In this document: one piece after another, positions 29,604 through 40,991 of the stretch
How the letters are laid out: each line of letters begins with the position of its first letter
Position numbering within the stretch: position 1 is the first letter of the stretch
Assembly (NCBI GenBank): GCA_046331705.1
Contig: JAXLQJ010000006.1
Coordinates: forward strand, 124,001-188,000
DNA length: 64,000 bases
Reading direction: 5' to 3'
Source of the DNA: a bacterium
GTDB taxonomy: Bacteria; JADJOY01
The notes under the pieces: model-generated
What the model was told of the DNA's origin: nothing
Seen by the model: the letters and a program-made list of their open reading frames with translations, nothing else
Database searches by the model: none
Program-made: the position numbers and the translations under genes

Positions 29604-30614
29604 ATGGCTCGCGCCGTCGATTGGAACCGCTTGCGCGGATTGCGCGCCACGTTCCTCGACGGCGTGGCGGGCGGCTCGGACTATTGGTCGGACGAGGCGC
29701 TGCTCGCCGACTACGACGCGACGTTCGGCGCGCGAATCCGCTGGAAATGGGATTTCGTGCTGGAGGAGCTGGTTGGTCGCGGCTGGACGCCGCCCGCCGG
29801 CGACGTCGTCGACTGGGCTTGCGGTGCGGCGGCTGCGTCACGATCGTTCGCAGCTGCGTTCTCGGCGCCGCGCGCTGGCCTCGTGAGCCGCGTGCGGCTC
29901 GTCGATCGCTCCCCGCTCGCGACGGGCTTCGCGATGGCGCGCCTGCGCGAGGAGCACCCCGACCTCGAGGTCGCGTCCGAGCGCGCGTGCGGCGAGCCCG
30001 CGGGCACGCTGCTCGTGAGCCACGTCCTCACCGAGCTCTCGCCGTCCGCGCGCCGTGAGCCGATCGAGCGGGCGCGGCGCGCCGATGCGGTGCTCTGGGT
30101 GGAGCCCGGGACACCCGCCGCCAGCCGCGCGCTCCTCGAGGTGCGCGAGGCGCTGCGCGGCGAGCTTCACCTGATCGCGCCTTGCACCCATTCGGGGGCC
30201 TGCGGGCTCTCCGCGCCCCACCGCGAACGCGATTGGTGTCATCAATTCGCGCCGCCGCCGCGAGAAGCGTTCGCCAGCGCGCACTGGGCCCGTGTCGGCC
30301 GCGAGCTCGCGATCGACCTGCGCAGCTTGCCGGTGAGCTTCTTGGTTCTGGATCGCCGTCCGCCCGCACCGCAGCTTGCGTCGGCCACGCGGCTGGTCGG
30401 TCGGCCGCGTGCTCAGAAGGGCCGGGCGCTGCTTCTCGGCTGCGACGCGAGCGGCGTCCGCGAGCGAATCGTGCGAAAACGCGCGGCCCCCGAGCTCCAT
30501 CGCGCTTGCAGTCGCGACGAGGTCCCGAGCCTCGGCCGCTGGTGCGTCGACGGGGACGACGTCACGTCGATCGAGCCCGTGAGCGCGCCGGAGGCGCGGC
30601 GGCGTCGGTCGTGA
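29604..30614 (+). CDS. Rsm22/METTL17-family methyltransferase-like protein
   Basis: VDWACG, SHVLTEL, WVEPGTP, IAPCTHSGACGL...DWCHQF, SFLVL. Confidence 0.8.
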   Translation: MARAVDWNRLRGLRATFLDGVAGGSDYWSDEALLADYDATFGARIRWKWDFVLEELVGRGWTPPAGDVVDWACGAAAASRSFAAAFSAPRAGLVSRVRLVDRSPLATGFAMARLREEHPDLEVASERACGEPAGTLLVSHVLTELSPSARREPIERARRADAVLWVEPGTPAASRALLEVREALRGELHLIAPCTHSGACGLSAPHRERDWCHQFAPPPREAFASAHWARVGRELAIDLRSLPVSFLVLDRRPPAPQLASATRLVGRPRAQKGRALLLGCDASGVRERIVRKRAAPELHRACSRDEVPSLGRWCVDGDDVTSIEPVSAPEARRRRS

Positions 30615-32607
30615 GGCTCGCGAGCGGTGCCGAGCCGAACGCCACCGGCGCGCGCGATCGCAGCCATTCGAGCAACCCGACACCGACCTTCGGCTGCGGC
30701 ACCTCGGTGATCGTGAACCGGCCATCCGTGCTGGAGAGATTCAGCGCGACGGCGCGGCCGCCGCTGGTGCTGCCCCACACCTGCACGTTCTTGTAGATCA
30801 CTCCCGACTGCGGGCCGTAGTTGGAGCCGCTGTTGTCCGAGCCGATGAACACGTAGCGCAGCTGGAACGACTGCGGGTGCGTGTGCGTCACGACGGAGCG
30901 CCCGTCGAGGAACACCGTCGCCGCGCCGTTTCGCGCGAACTCCACCCGCACGTGATGGGTCACCGTGGGATCGAGTCGCCCCTCGGGCGGCGAGTGACGC
31001 GTCTCGATGCTCTCGTCGTAGCCGCGCGTGGTGGACCAGAACTTGAACAGGTCGTTGAAGACCTCGCCGGTCCAGATGCTCCACAGCGAGGTGCTGTGCG
31101 CGTCGGCCGCGTGCACGTCCCCGTGGGCTTCCTCGTACATGCTCAGCACCGGTTGCTTCTCGTAGTGGTGCTGCGAGCTCGTGTGGTAGGTGTCCCAGTT
31201 GTCGAGATCCGCGGAGAAGGACCCCTCGGCGAGCGTCACACCCAGGTCCCAGACGATGCTCCAGCCCGGCGTCCAACCGTCGCCCACGAATTGGCCGCCG
31301 TCGCGATTGCCCGACGTGGAGCCGTCGAGCGAGTCGCAGAGCAGCGTCGTGCCCGGATCGGCGCAGCCCTGGCTCACCGACGCGCTGGCGGTGATGGTGA
31401 CGGTGTCGGGAGCGCTCGCGGTGACTCCGTCGCTCACGACCAAGCGCGCGACGTAGGCACCCGCGACGTCCGCGACGAAGCTCGGCTGCGGTGAGCTGGC
31501 CGGAGCGAGGACGGCGGCGCTGCCGTTCGGAACCGTGACGAAGCTCCACGCGTAGCCGAGCGGGCTTGCCTCGGGATCGGTGCTGGCGCGGCCGTCCAGC
31601 GTGACGACGTCGCCCACGTTCACGCTTCGATCGGCCCCCGCACGCGCCGTGGGCGTGACGTTCCGCGCGGTGGCGTCCACCACCATCACGTCGGGCGCGC
31701 TGGGCGAGTGGCCGTCGTTCACGATCAGCTGGATCACGAATTGTCCCGCCACGTCGGCGACGAAGAGCGAGGACGGCGCTGCGGGATCTTGGATCCCCGC
31801 GACGCTTCCCTCGGGCTTCGAGACGATCGACCACTGGAAGATCAGCGCGTCGCCGTCGGGATCGCTGCTCGCGCTGCCGTCGATTCCCACGACCGATCCC
31901 ACCCCCACCGACTGATCGGGCCCGGCGTTGGCCGTGGGCGGGACGTTGGTGTCGACCACCGTGATCACCACCTCGTCCGGCTCGCTCGGCCCGATGAGAT
32001 CGGCGACCACGAGCGTCACACGAAACTCGCCCAGCGCATCCGCCACGAACACCGTCCGTGCCGCGCTCGCGTCGGCGAGACCCGCATTGCTTCCCGGCGG
32101 CTTCGACGTCAGCGTCCAGGTCACGCCGAGCTGGTCGCCGTCCGCATCGCTCGACTCGGTGGCGTCGAGGGAGACCACGCTCCCGAGCTCGACGGTCTGG
32201 TCCACGCCAGCTCGCGCCACGGGCCGCGCGTTGCCGCGCGCCGCGGTCACCACGACCTCGTCGGCAGCGCTCGTGGCGAGGCCATCGGACACGACGAGCG
32301 CGACCGTGTAGGCGCCCTCGCGGTCGGTGCTGAGGATGGGACGCGGCGCCGTCGCATCCAGGAGCGCCGCCTCGCTCCCCTCGGGCTTGGCAGTGAGCGT
32401 CCACTGATACGTGATGGGGTCGCCGTCGGGGTCGTTGCTGGCGGTGCCATCGAGCTGAATGCTGCCACCCGTCACGATCTGCAGATCGATGCCGGCGAGG
32501 GCGATCGGCGGGTGGTTCTCCGCGCTGCCCGCGCCACCGCCGCAGCTCGTCAGCCACCCCACGAGCGCGAGGGGCGCCAGGAACGTGAGGGCGCGGCGCT
32601 TTCGCAT
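30562..32607 (-). CDS. Lipoprotein with four PKD/K319-like Ig repeats and a C-terminal beta-sandwich (ConA/LamG-like) domain
   Basis: Lipobox LTSC; four repeats NxPPxAxAGxD...LDGxxSxDPDGDxxxYxW; HHVRVEF...TVFLDG...YKNVQVW. Confidence 0.82.
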   Translation of the reverse strand: MRKRRALTFLAPLALVGWLTSCGGGAGSAENHPPIALAGIDLQIVTGGSIQLDGTASNDPDGDPITYQWTLTAKPEGSEAALLDATAPRPILSTDREGAYTVALVVSDGLATSAADEVVVTAARGNARPVARAGVDQTVELGSVVSLDATESSDADGDQLGVTWTLTSKPPGSNAGLADASAARTVFVADALGEFRVTLVVADLIGPSEPDEVVITVVDTNVPPTANAGPDQSVGVGSVVGIDGSASSDPDGDALIFQWSIVSKPEGSVAGIQDPAAPSSLFVADVAGQFVIQLIVNDGHSPSAPDVMVVDATARNVTPTARAGADRSVNVGDVVTLDGRASTDPEASPLGYAWSFVTVPNGSAAVLAPASSPQPSFVADVAGAYVARLVVSDGVTASAPDTVTITASASVSQGCADPGTTLLCDSLDGSTSGNRDGGQFVGDGWTPGWSIVWDLGVTLAEGSFSADLDNWDTYHTSSQHHYEKQPVLSMYEEAHGDVHAADAHSTSLWSIWTGEVFNDLFKFWSTTRGYDESIETRHSPPEGRLDPTVTHHVRVEFARNGAATVFLDGRSVVTHTHPQSFQLRYVFIGSDNSGSNYGPQSGVIYKNVQVWGSTSGGRAVALNLSSTDGRFTITEVPQPKVGVGLLEWLRSRAPVAFGSAPLASLTTDAAAPPARSRARST
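31390..32520 (-). repeat. Four tandem ~94-aa PKD-like repeats (intragenic)
   Basis: NHPPIALAG, NARPVARAG, NVPPTANAG, NVTPTARAG repeat starts; boundaries approximate. Confidence 0.8.
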
Positions 32608-32861
32608 GTCGTTCTCGTTTCCGTTCGTGGACCAAGAAGCTCACCGGATTGATAGCACCCATGGCGGCGGGTCACCATGAGATAGTCCCGACCGAACCCG
32701 TCGGGAATCTCGATGGAAAGCAGGATCGCGAGGGGTCTCGCCCGGGGTTCGAGCGCGTGGCGACGTGCGCGACACGCGCTCGCGCGTGGGTTGCCGCAGT
32801 GCGTTAGGCGCGGTAGATCCTGGGCCTTCCGTCCGCATCGCTCGTCGCACCATCCGGTCGC

Positions 32862-34205
32862 ATGATCCCGCGCTACACGCGTCCCGAGCTGGGCCAGATC
32901 TGGTCCGACCAGGGGAAGTACGAGCGCTGGCTGCGTGTCGAGCTCGCGTCGCTGGATGTCCTCGCCGAGCGGGGCGACGTGCCGGCGCGCGCGGTCGCGA
33001 CGATTCGCCGCAAGGCACGGGTGGACCCGGCGCGAATCGAGGCGATCGAGGCCGAGGTCGCGCACGACGTCATCGCGTTCGTGACGCAGGTGGCGGAGAC
33101 CGTTGGGCCCGAGGGGCGCTTCATCCACCATGGCCTCACGTCGTCGGACGTGGTGGACACCGCGTTCGCGCTCCAGCTGGTGGAGGCTCTCGAGCACGTG
33201 CTCGCGGCGCTCGACGGCATGATCGCGGTCCTCGAGCAGCTCGCGACCACCCACGCCGCGACCGTGATGGTCGGTCGGACCCACGGCGTGCACGCCGAGC
33301 CGATCACGTTCGGCCTCAAGTGCGCGCTCTGGTACGCGGAGATGGTGCGCAACCGGGCGCGCATCGAGCGCGCTCGCGAGGGCGTGCGGGTGGGCAAGCT
33401 CTCGGGAGCGGTCGGTACCTTCGCGCACAATCCGCCGGCGGTGGAGAAAGCGGTGCTCGCGCGGCTCGGTCTCGAGCCGGAGCCCGCGGCCAACCAGGTC
33501 GTGCAGCGTGATCGGCACGCGGAGCTCTTCTGCGCGCTCGCCGTGCTCGCCGGCTCGATGGAGAAGATCGCCATCGAGGTGCGGCACCTGCAGCGCACGG
33601 AGGTCGCCGAGGCATTCGAGCCCTTCGGCAAGCAGCAGAAGGGCTCGTCCGCGATGCCCCACAAGCGCAATCCCATCCTCGCGGAGAACTTGACCGGCCT
33701 GGCACGAGTGGTGCGCGCCGCGGCGGGAGCGGCGCTCGAGGACATCGCGCTCTGGCACGAGCGCGACATCAGCCATTCCTCGGTGGAGCGCGTGATCGGG
33801 CCCGACGCGACGATCGCCACCCACTTCATGCTGGTACGGCTCACGGGACTCCTGCGCGGGCTCGACGTGCGGCCCCAGCGGATGCGCGCCAACCTGGAGC
33901 ACGGCGGTGGCCTGGTGTTCTCGGGCGAGGTGCTCCTGAAGCTGGTCGAGGCCGGGCTCAAGCGCGAGGACGCCTACAAGATCGTGCAGCGCTGCGCCAT
34001 GACCGCGGTGAACGAGGACCGCTCGTTCCGCGCGCTGCTCGAAGCCGAGCAGGAAGTGGCGCGGCGGCTCGATGCCAAGACCCTCGACCGCGCGTTCGAC
34101 CTCGACAAGCAGCTCACGCACGTCGGCTTCTTGATTCGGCGCGCGCTCGCCACCGGCAAGCGCCCGAAGCCCGCTAGTCGCCGACGGAAGGAGAAGGGCC
34201 GATGA
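32862..34205 (+). CDS. purB: Adenylosuccinate lyase
   Basis: MIPRY, HDVIAF, GLTSSDVVDT, GRTHGVHAEP, KGSSAMPHKRNP, WHERDISHSSVER. Confidence 0.97.
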   Translation: MIPRYTRPELGQIWSDQGKYERWLRVELASLDVLAERGDVPARAVATIRRKARVDPARIEAIEAEVAHDVIAFVTQVAETVGPEGRFIHHGLTSSDVVDTAFALQLVEALEHVLAALDGMIAVLEQLATTHAATVMVGRTHGVHAEPITFGLKCALWYAEMVRNRARIERAREGVRVGKLSGAVGTFAHNPPAVEKAVLARLGLEPEPAANQVVQRDRHAELFCALAVLAGSMEKIAIEVRHLQRTEVAEAFEPFGKQQKGSSAMPHKRNPILAENLTGLARVVRAAAGAALEDIALWHERDISHSSVERVIGPDATIATHFMLVRLTGLLRGLDVRPQRMRANLEHGGGLVFSGEVLLKLVEAGLKREDAYKIVQRCAMTAVNEDRSFRALLEAEQEVARRLDAKTLDRAFDLDKQLTHVGFLIRRALATGKRPKPASRRRKEKGR

Positions 34206-34450
34206 AGGCGATCGTGACCGTCACCCTCAAGCGCGGAGTGCTCGATCCGCAGGGGCAAGCCGTCGCGGGCGGGCTCAAATCGCTCGGGTTCGACGACGTC
34301 GAGGGCGTGCGCGTGGGCAAGCACATCGAGATCGAGCTGGGCCGTGACGGTGCCGGCGCGCGCGAGCGGGTCACGGAGATGTGCAAGAAGCTCCTCGCCA
34401 ATCCCGTGATCGAGGACTTCTCGGTGCGCCTCGAAGGAGAAGGGGCGTGA
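34202..34450 (+). CDS. purS: FGAM synthase subunit PurS
   Basis: [31 protein letters not shown]. Confidence 0.96.
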   Translation: MKAIVTVTLKRGVLDPQGQAVAGGLKSLGFDDVEGVRVGKHIEIELGRDGAGARERVTEMCKKLLANPVIEDFSVRLEGEGA

Positions 34451-35129
34451 AGTTCGGCGTCGTCGTGTTCCCCGGCTCGAACTGCGACCACGACTGCTAC
34501 TACGCCGCGAGCCACGCGGCGGGTGCCAGCGCGGCGTTCCTTTGGCACAAGGAGCGCGATCTCAAGGGCGCCGACGTCATCATCCTGCCGGGCGGCTTCT
34601 CGTACGGCGACTATCTGCGCTCGGGCGCCATGGCGCGCTTCTCGCCCATCATGGAAGAGGTCGTCGCCTTCGCGAACCGCGGCGGCCCGGTGATCGGGAT
34701 CTGCAACGGCTTCCAGATCCTCACCGAATCCGGGCTGCTCCCCGGCGCGCTGATGCGCAACAAGAACCTCAAGTTCTTGTGCCGCGACGTACACGTGCGC
34801 GCCGAGCAGGATGCGGGTACCACGCCGTTCACGCGGCGCGTGGACAAGGGGCGCGTGCTGCGCATGCCCATCGCTCACAACGATGGCTGTTACTTCGCCG
34901 AGCCCGAGCTGCTCGCCAGGCTCGAAGGCGAGGGGCAGGTGATCTTTCGCTACGTGAGCTCCGGCGGCGAGGTCACCGAGGACGGCAACCCCAACGGCTC
35001 GCTGCACGCGATCGCCGGGATCACGAACGAGAAGCGGAACGTGCTGGGGCTCATGCCTCATCCGGATCGGTGCGCCGAGGCCACCCTCGGCAACACCGAC
35101 GGAGCGCTCCTCTTCCAAGGGTTGGGATC

Positions 35130-35133
<4 letters not shown>
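34447..35133 (+). CDS. purQ: FGAM synthase subunit PurQ
   Basis: GTG start; [41 protein letters not shown]. Confidence 0.97.
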
Positions 35134-37349
<2,216 letters not shown>

Positions 37350-37445
37350 GCACCCGGGCCGCGGATTCAGCCGACGCGCCTCGAGCGCTATACTGCCCGC
37401 GTCCGATCCCGATCCGATCCCACCCACGCACTGGACTCGAGGCAC

Positions 37446-38933
37446 ATGGCGCACGGACCCGAGGCTCCGAGGGACGACGTGTTTCTGGGAGCCGGCGCGG
37501 TTTCCGTCGAGCGGCACTGGCACGAGGAGTGCGGCGTCTTCGGGATCTTTCCGCACCCGGATGCGTCGCACCTGACGTACCTGGGGCTGCACGCGCTGCA
37601 ACATCGCGGTCAGGAGTCGGCCGGGATCGTCAGCACCGACGGCGAGCGGCTGCGCTCGCGGCTGGCGATGGGCCTGGTGCAGGACGTCTTCAGCGCCTCG
37701 ATCCTCGACGAGCTCAAAGGGCACGGAGCGGTCGGTCACGTCCGCTACTCGACCACGGGCTCGTCCACGCCGGACAACATCCAGCCGTTCTTCGGCACCT
37801 ACGCCGGCGGTCACATCGCGCTCGCCCACAACGGCAACCTCATCAACGCCGACGAGCTCAAGCGCGAGCTCGAGGCGCGTGGCGCGCTCTTCCGCGGCAC
37901 CAGCGACACCGAGGTCATCCTCTACCTGGCCATTCAGTCGCGGCAGGCGTCGGCCACCGATCGCATCGTCGAGGCCCTGTCGCGGGTCAAGGGTGCCTAC
38001 AGCCTGGTCGTGATGACCGACGATTCGCTGATCGCGGTGCGCGACCCGCACGGCTTTCGGCCGCTGGTGCTCGGCAAGGTGAAGGACGCGCACGTGGTCA
38101 CATCGGAGACCTGCGCCTTCCGGCTCGTGGACGCCGATTACCTGCGCGAGATCGAGCCAGGCGAGGTGGTCGAGATCACCCGCGACGGCATTCGCTCCTT
38201 CTTCCCATGGGGGCGCTCGACGCCCACGGCGCGGTGCGTCTTCGAGTACGTCTACTTCGCGCGCCCCGACAGCCTGGTCTACCAGCGCAACGTCTACGTG
38301 GTTCGACGCGAGATGGGGCGCATCCTGGCGCGCGAGGCGCCCGTGGAAGCGGACGTGATCGTCCCGGTGCCGGACTCGGGGGTGCCCGCGGCGATCGGCT
38401 TCTCGGAGCAGTCGGGCATCCCGTATCAAACCGGTCTCATCCGCAGCCACTACGTGGGCCGCACCTTCATCGAGCCGCGCGATTCCATCCGTCACTTCGG
38501 CGTGCGCTTGAAGCTCAGCCCCGTGCACGAGGTGCTGCGGGGGCAGCGCGTGGTGGTGGTGGACGACTCGATCGTCCGCGGCACCACCAGCCGCAAGCTG
38601 GTTCACCTCTTCCGCAAGGCAGGCGCCCGCGAGGTGCACATGCGGATCAGCTCGCCGCCCACGATCGGCTCTTGCTACTACGGCGTCGACACGCCGAATC
38701 GCGACGAGCTGATCGCCGCCAAGCAATCGGTCGAGTCCATCCGCGACTACCTGGAAGCCGATTCGCTCGCGTACCTGAGCCTGGAGGGCATGCGAAACGC
38801 CGCGGGCAATCACGACGGCTATTGCGATGCCTGCTTCACGGGGCGCTATCCCGTGGCCGTGGGCACGGCGTCCAACAGTCAGCTTCCGCTGTTCGACAGC
38901 ACGCTCCCGCCACACGATCTGGTCGCCGGATGA
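37446..38933 (+). CDS. purF: Amidophosphoribosyltransferase (propeptide / Fe-S type)
   Basis: EECGVFG, LQHRGQESAG, GHVRYST, HNGNL, CVFEYVYFARPD, VDDSIVRGTT, CYYG, YCDACF. Confidence 0.97.
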   Translation: MAHGPEAPRDDVFLGAGAVSVERHWHEECGVFGIFPHPDASHLTYLGLHALQHRGQESAGIVSTDGERLRSRLAMGLVQDVFSASILDELKGHGAVGHVRYSTTGSSTPDNIQPFFGTYAGGHIALAHNGNLINADELKRELEARGALFRGTSDTEVILYLAIQSRQASATDRIVEALSRVKGAYSLVVMTDDSLIAVRDPHGFRPLVLGKVKDAHVVTSETCAFRLVDADYLREIEPGEVVEITRDGIRSFFPWGRSTPTARCVFEYVYFARPDSLVYQRNVYVVRREMGRILAREAPVEADVIVPVPDSGVPAAIGFSEQSGIPYQTGLIRSHYVGRTFIEPRDSIRHFGVRLKLSPVHEVLRGQRVVVVDDSIVRGTTSRKLVHLFRKAGAREVHMRISSPPTIGSCYYGVDTPNRDELIAAKQSVESIRDYLEADSLAYLSLEGMRNAAGNHDGYCDACFTGRYPVAVGTASNSQLPLFDSTLPPHDLVAG

Positions 38934-39565
38934 CGCTCGCCCGTCCCTCGCTCGGCTCGCGCTCGCTCCGCGGCTCGCGTCGCTCGGCGGTCGCGTTGCT
39001 CGTCGCGGTGCTCACGGGCTGTGGCCTCTTCGACGCCGATCGCTTCCACTTCTGGCGGCACGACCCACTCTCGGACGCCTACCTGAGCGCGCTCGAGACC
39101 TGGACCCGGCAAGCGCAGATCCCCGAGGAGCTGACGCTCAGGCTCGGGCTCTCGGCGGTCTGGATCTCGAGCGAGTTCCGCGCCGCGCTCGACGCAGAGT
39201 CGCGGCGCTTGCTGAGCCTGCCGCCGGGCGCCGCTTCGCCGATCCTCCCCTCGCCGGTCCCGGGTGGCGTGGATCTGGTGGTGGCCGTCGCCGGCCCCTC
39301 GGACAAGGAGCTGGCGCTCGAGGCCAAGCAACCGTTCTGGAACCTGCAGCTCGTCGATTCCCGCGGCGCTCGCTGGAAGCCCACGCGTGTGGCGCGCATC
39401 GACGATCGCTCTCCCGATCGCCGGCTCTTCCCGTTCCACGACAGCTTCAGTCGGCTCTACCTCGTGAGCTTTCCCGCCGAGCTCTCGCGTGCGCCGGGTA
39501 GCGGCACGCTCACGCTCGAAGCGACTGGCGTCTACGGGCGCGCCTCGGTCGGCTGGAACCTCTGA
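38930..39565 (+). CDS. Hypothetical lipoprotein
   Basis: ATGA coupling to purF; lipobox LTGC; WTRQAQI, FPFHDSFSRLYLVSF. Confidence 0.7.
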   Translation: MTLARPSLGSRSLRGSRRSAVALLVAVLTGCGLFDADRFHFWRHDPLSDAYLSALETWTRQAQIPEELTLRLGLSAVWISSEFRAALDAESRRLLSLPPGAASPILPSPVPGGVDLVVAVAGPSDKELALEAKQPFWNLQLVDSRGARWKPTRVARIDDRSPDRRLFPFHDSFSRLYLVSFPAELSRAPGSGTLTLEATGVYGRASVGWNL

Positions 39566-39593
39566 GCGGCGCGCCGCGCCGAGGATCTGCGGC

Positions 39594-40037
39594 GTGTCGA
39601 TCTACGGCGCACCCAACCCCGTCGTCCGGCCGATCCTTCGGTCGCGCTTTCACCGCGTGCTGAGCGGCTTCCTGCTGCTCGTCACGGTCACGGGCCGAAA
39701 GACCGGCAAGCGACACACGTTCCCGGTCATGTACGCCCGGGATGGCGCGGACATCGTCATCGTCGCCGGCTGGGCGTCGAAGAAGCGCTGGTGGAAGAAC
39801 CTGATCGGCGGCGGCGACGTCACCGTCCAGATGGCTGGCGAGACGCTGCCCGGACGCGGAACCACGCTCGTCGACGCGACGGCGGAACGCGGGCGCACGC
39901 TGCGCGCCTACCTCACGCGCTTCCCCGCAGCGGTGAGGACCGTGGGTGCGCCGCGCGATTGGCGAACGGCGAGCGACGAAAGCCTCGCCCAGAGCCGCGG
40001 CGACGCCGCCGTGGTGCGGGTCGTGCTCGCTCGCTGA
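39594..40037 (+). CDS. Deazaflavin-dependent nitroreductase (DDN/FDOR)-family oxidoreductase
   Basis: LLLVTVTGRKTGKRHTFPV, WWKNL; start estimated at GTG 39594. Confidence 0.78.
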   Translation: MSIYGAPNPVVRPILRSRFHRVLSGFLLLVTVTGRKTGKRHTFPVMYARDGADIVIVAGWASKKRWWKNLIGGGDVTVQMAGETLPGRGTTLVDATAERGRTLRAYLTRFPAAVRTVGAPRDWRTASDESLAQSRGDAAVVRVVLAR

Positions 40038-40145
40038 GCTCCGCGCGAGCGGCGGGCGGGTGAGAGCCCGCCCAGCGAATCTCGTCCGCTATACTCGCGG
40101 GCGTTTCCGGCGCCGACGCCGCGGCGACCACGAGGATCGCGTCCC

Positions 40146-40973
40146 ATGTCGAACAAGGGCTTCAATCGATTCGAGCGGGCCACGGGCTACGTCGTATCCG
40201 ACGGGCTTCGCGAGGCCGTCAACTTGGCGCTGTGTCTCGAGCGGCCGCTCTTGCTCAAGGGCGAGCCGGGCACCGGCAAGACGGTGCTCGCGGGTCACGT
40301 GGCGGACGCCATCGGGCTCAAGCTCATCCGCTGGCACGTGAAGTCCACGACCAAGGCGCAAGACGGCCTCTACGTGTACGACACGGTGGCGCGCCTCCAC
40401 GACAGCCGCTTCGGCGATCACGACGTTCGCGACATCGAGCACTACATCAAGCTCGGGCCGCTCGGCGAGGCCTTCGCGTCGGACGCGCAGGTGGTGCTCT
40501 TGATCGACGAGGTCGACAAGGCGGATCTCGAGTTCCCGAACGATCTCTTGAACGAGCTCGATCTGATGCGCTTCACGATCCACGAGACCAACCGTGAGAT
40601 CGCCGCCAAGCACCGGCCGCTCGTGGTGATCACGTCCAACAACGAGAAGGAGCTGCCGGACGCGTTCCTGCGCCGCTGCGTCTTCCACTTCATCGAGTTC
40701 CCGAGCCCCGAGCTGATGCGCGAGATCGTCCACGTCCACCATCCGGATCTGGAAGACCGCTTGCTGGAGCAGAGCTTGGAGGTGTTCTACGCGCTACGCG
40801 GCATCGCCCAGGTGCGCAAGCCCCCGTCGACCTCCGAGCTGATCGACTGGCTGGCCGCGCTCCAGACCGCGGGCGTGAGCCCGGACGTGATCCGCAAGAA
40901 GCTGCCGATGCTCGGTGCGTTGCTCAAGAAGGAACAGGACGTCGAGGTCGCCCGTCGCGCGGTGCTCCACTGA
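40146..40973 (+). CDS. MoxR-family AAA+ ATPase (PA2707-like subfamily)
   Basis: Walker A KGEPGTGKT, Walker B LLIDEVDKAD, ITSNNEKELPDAFLRRC, KPPSTSELIDW; TATACT -10 at 40090-40095. Confidence 0.92.
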   Translation: MSNKGFNRFERATGYVVSDGLREAVNLALCLERPLLLKGEPGTGKTVLAGHVADAIGLKLIRWHVKSTTKAQDGLYVYDTVARLHDSRFGDHDVRDIEHYIKLGPLGEAFASDAQVVLLIDEVDKADLEFPNDLLNELDLMRFTIHETNREIAAKHRPLVVITSNNEKELPDAFLRRCVFHFIEFPSPELMREIVHVHHPDLEDRLLEQSLEVFYALRGIAQVRKPPSTSELIDWLAALQTAGVSPDVIRKKLPMLGALLKKEQDVEVARRAVLH

Positions 40974-40991
40974 TTCGCTGAGGCGAGCCGC

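Noticed and set aside
32700..32861. Possible ZTP, PRPP (ykkC) or purine riboswitch upstream of purB
   Set aside because: Fragments such as GGGGTTCG and CCTGGGC occur, but the ordered consensus elements could not be assembled; kept only as unexplained hairpins.
37403..37420. Short tandem repeat (CCGATC-like units) before purF
   Set aside because: Only about three imperfect units; not a CRISPR or a convincing contingency locus.
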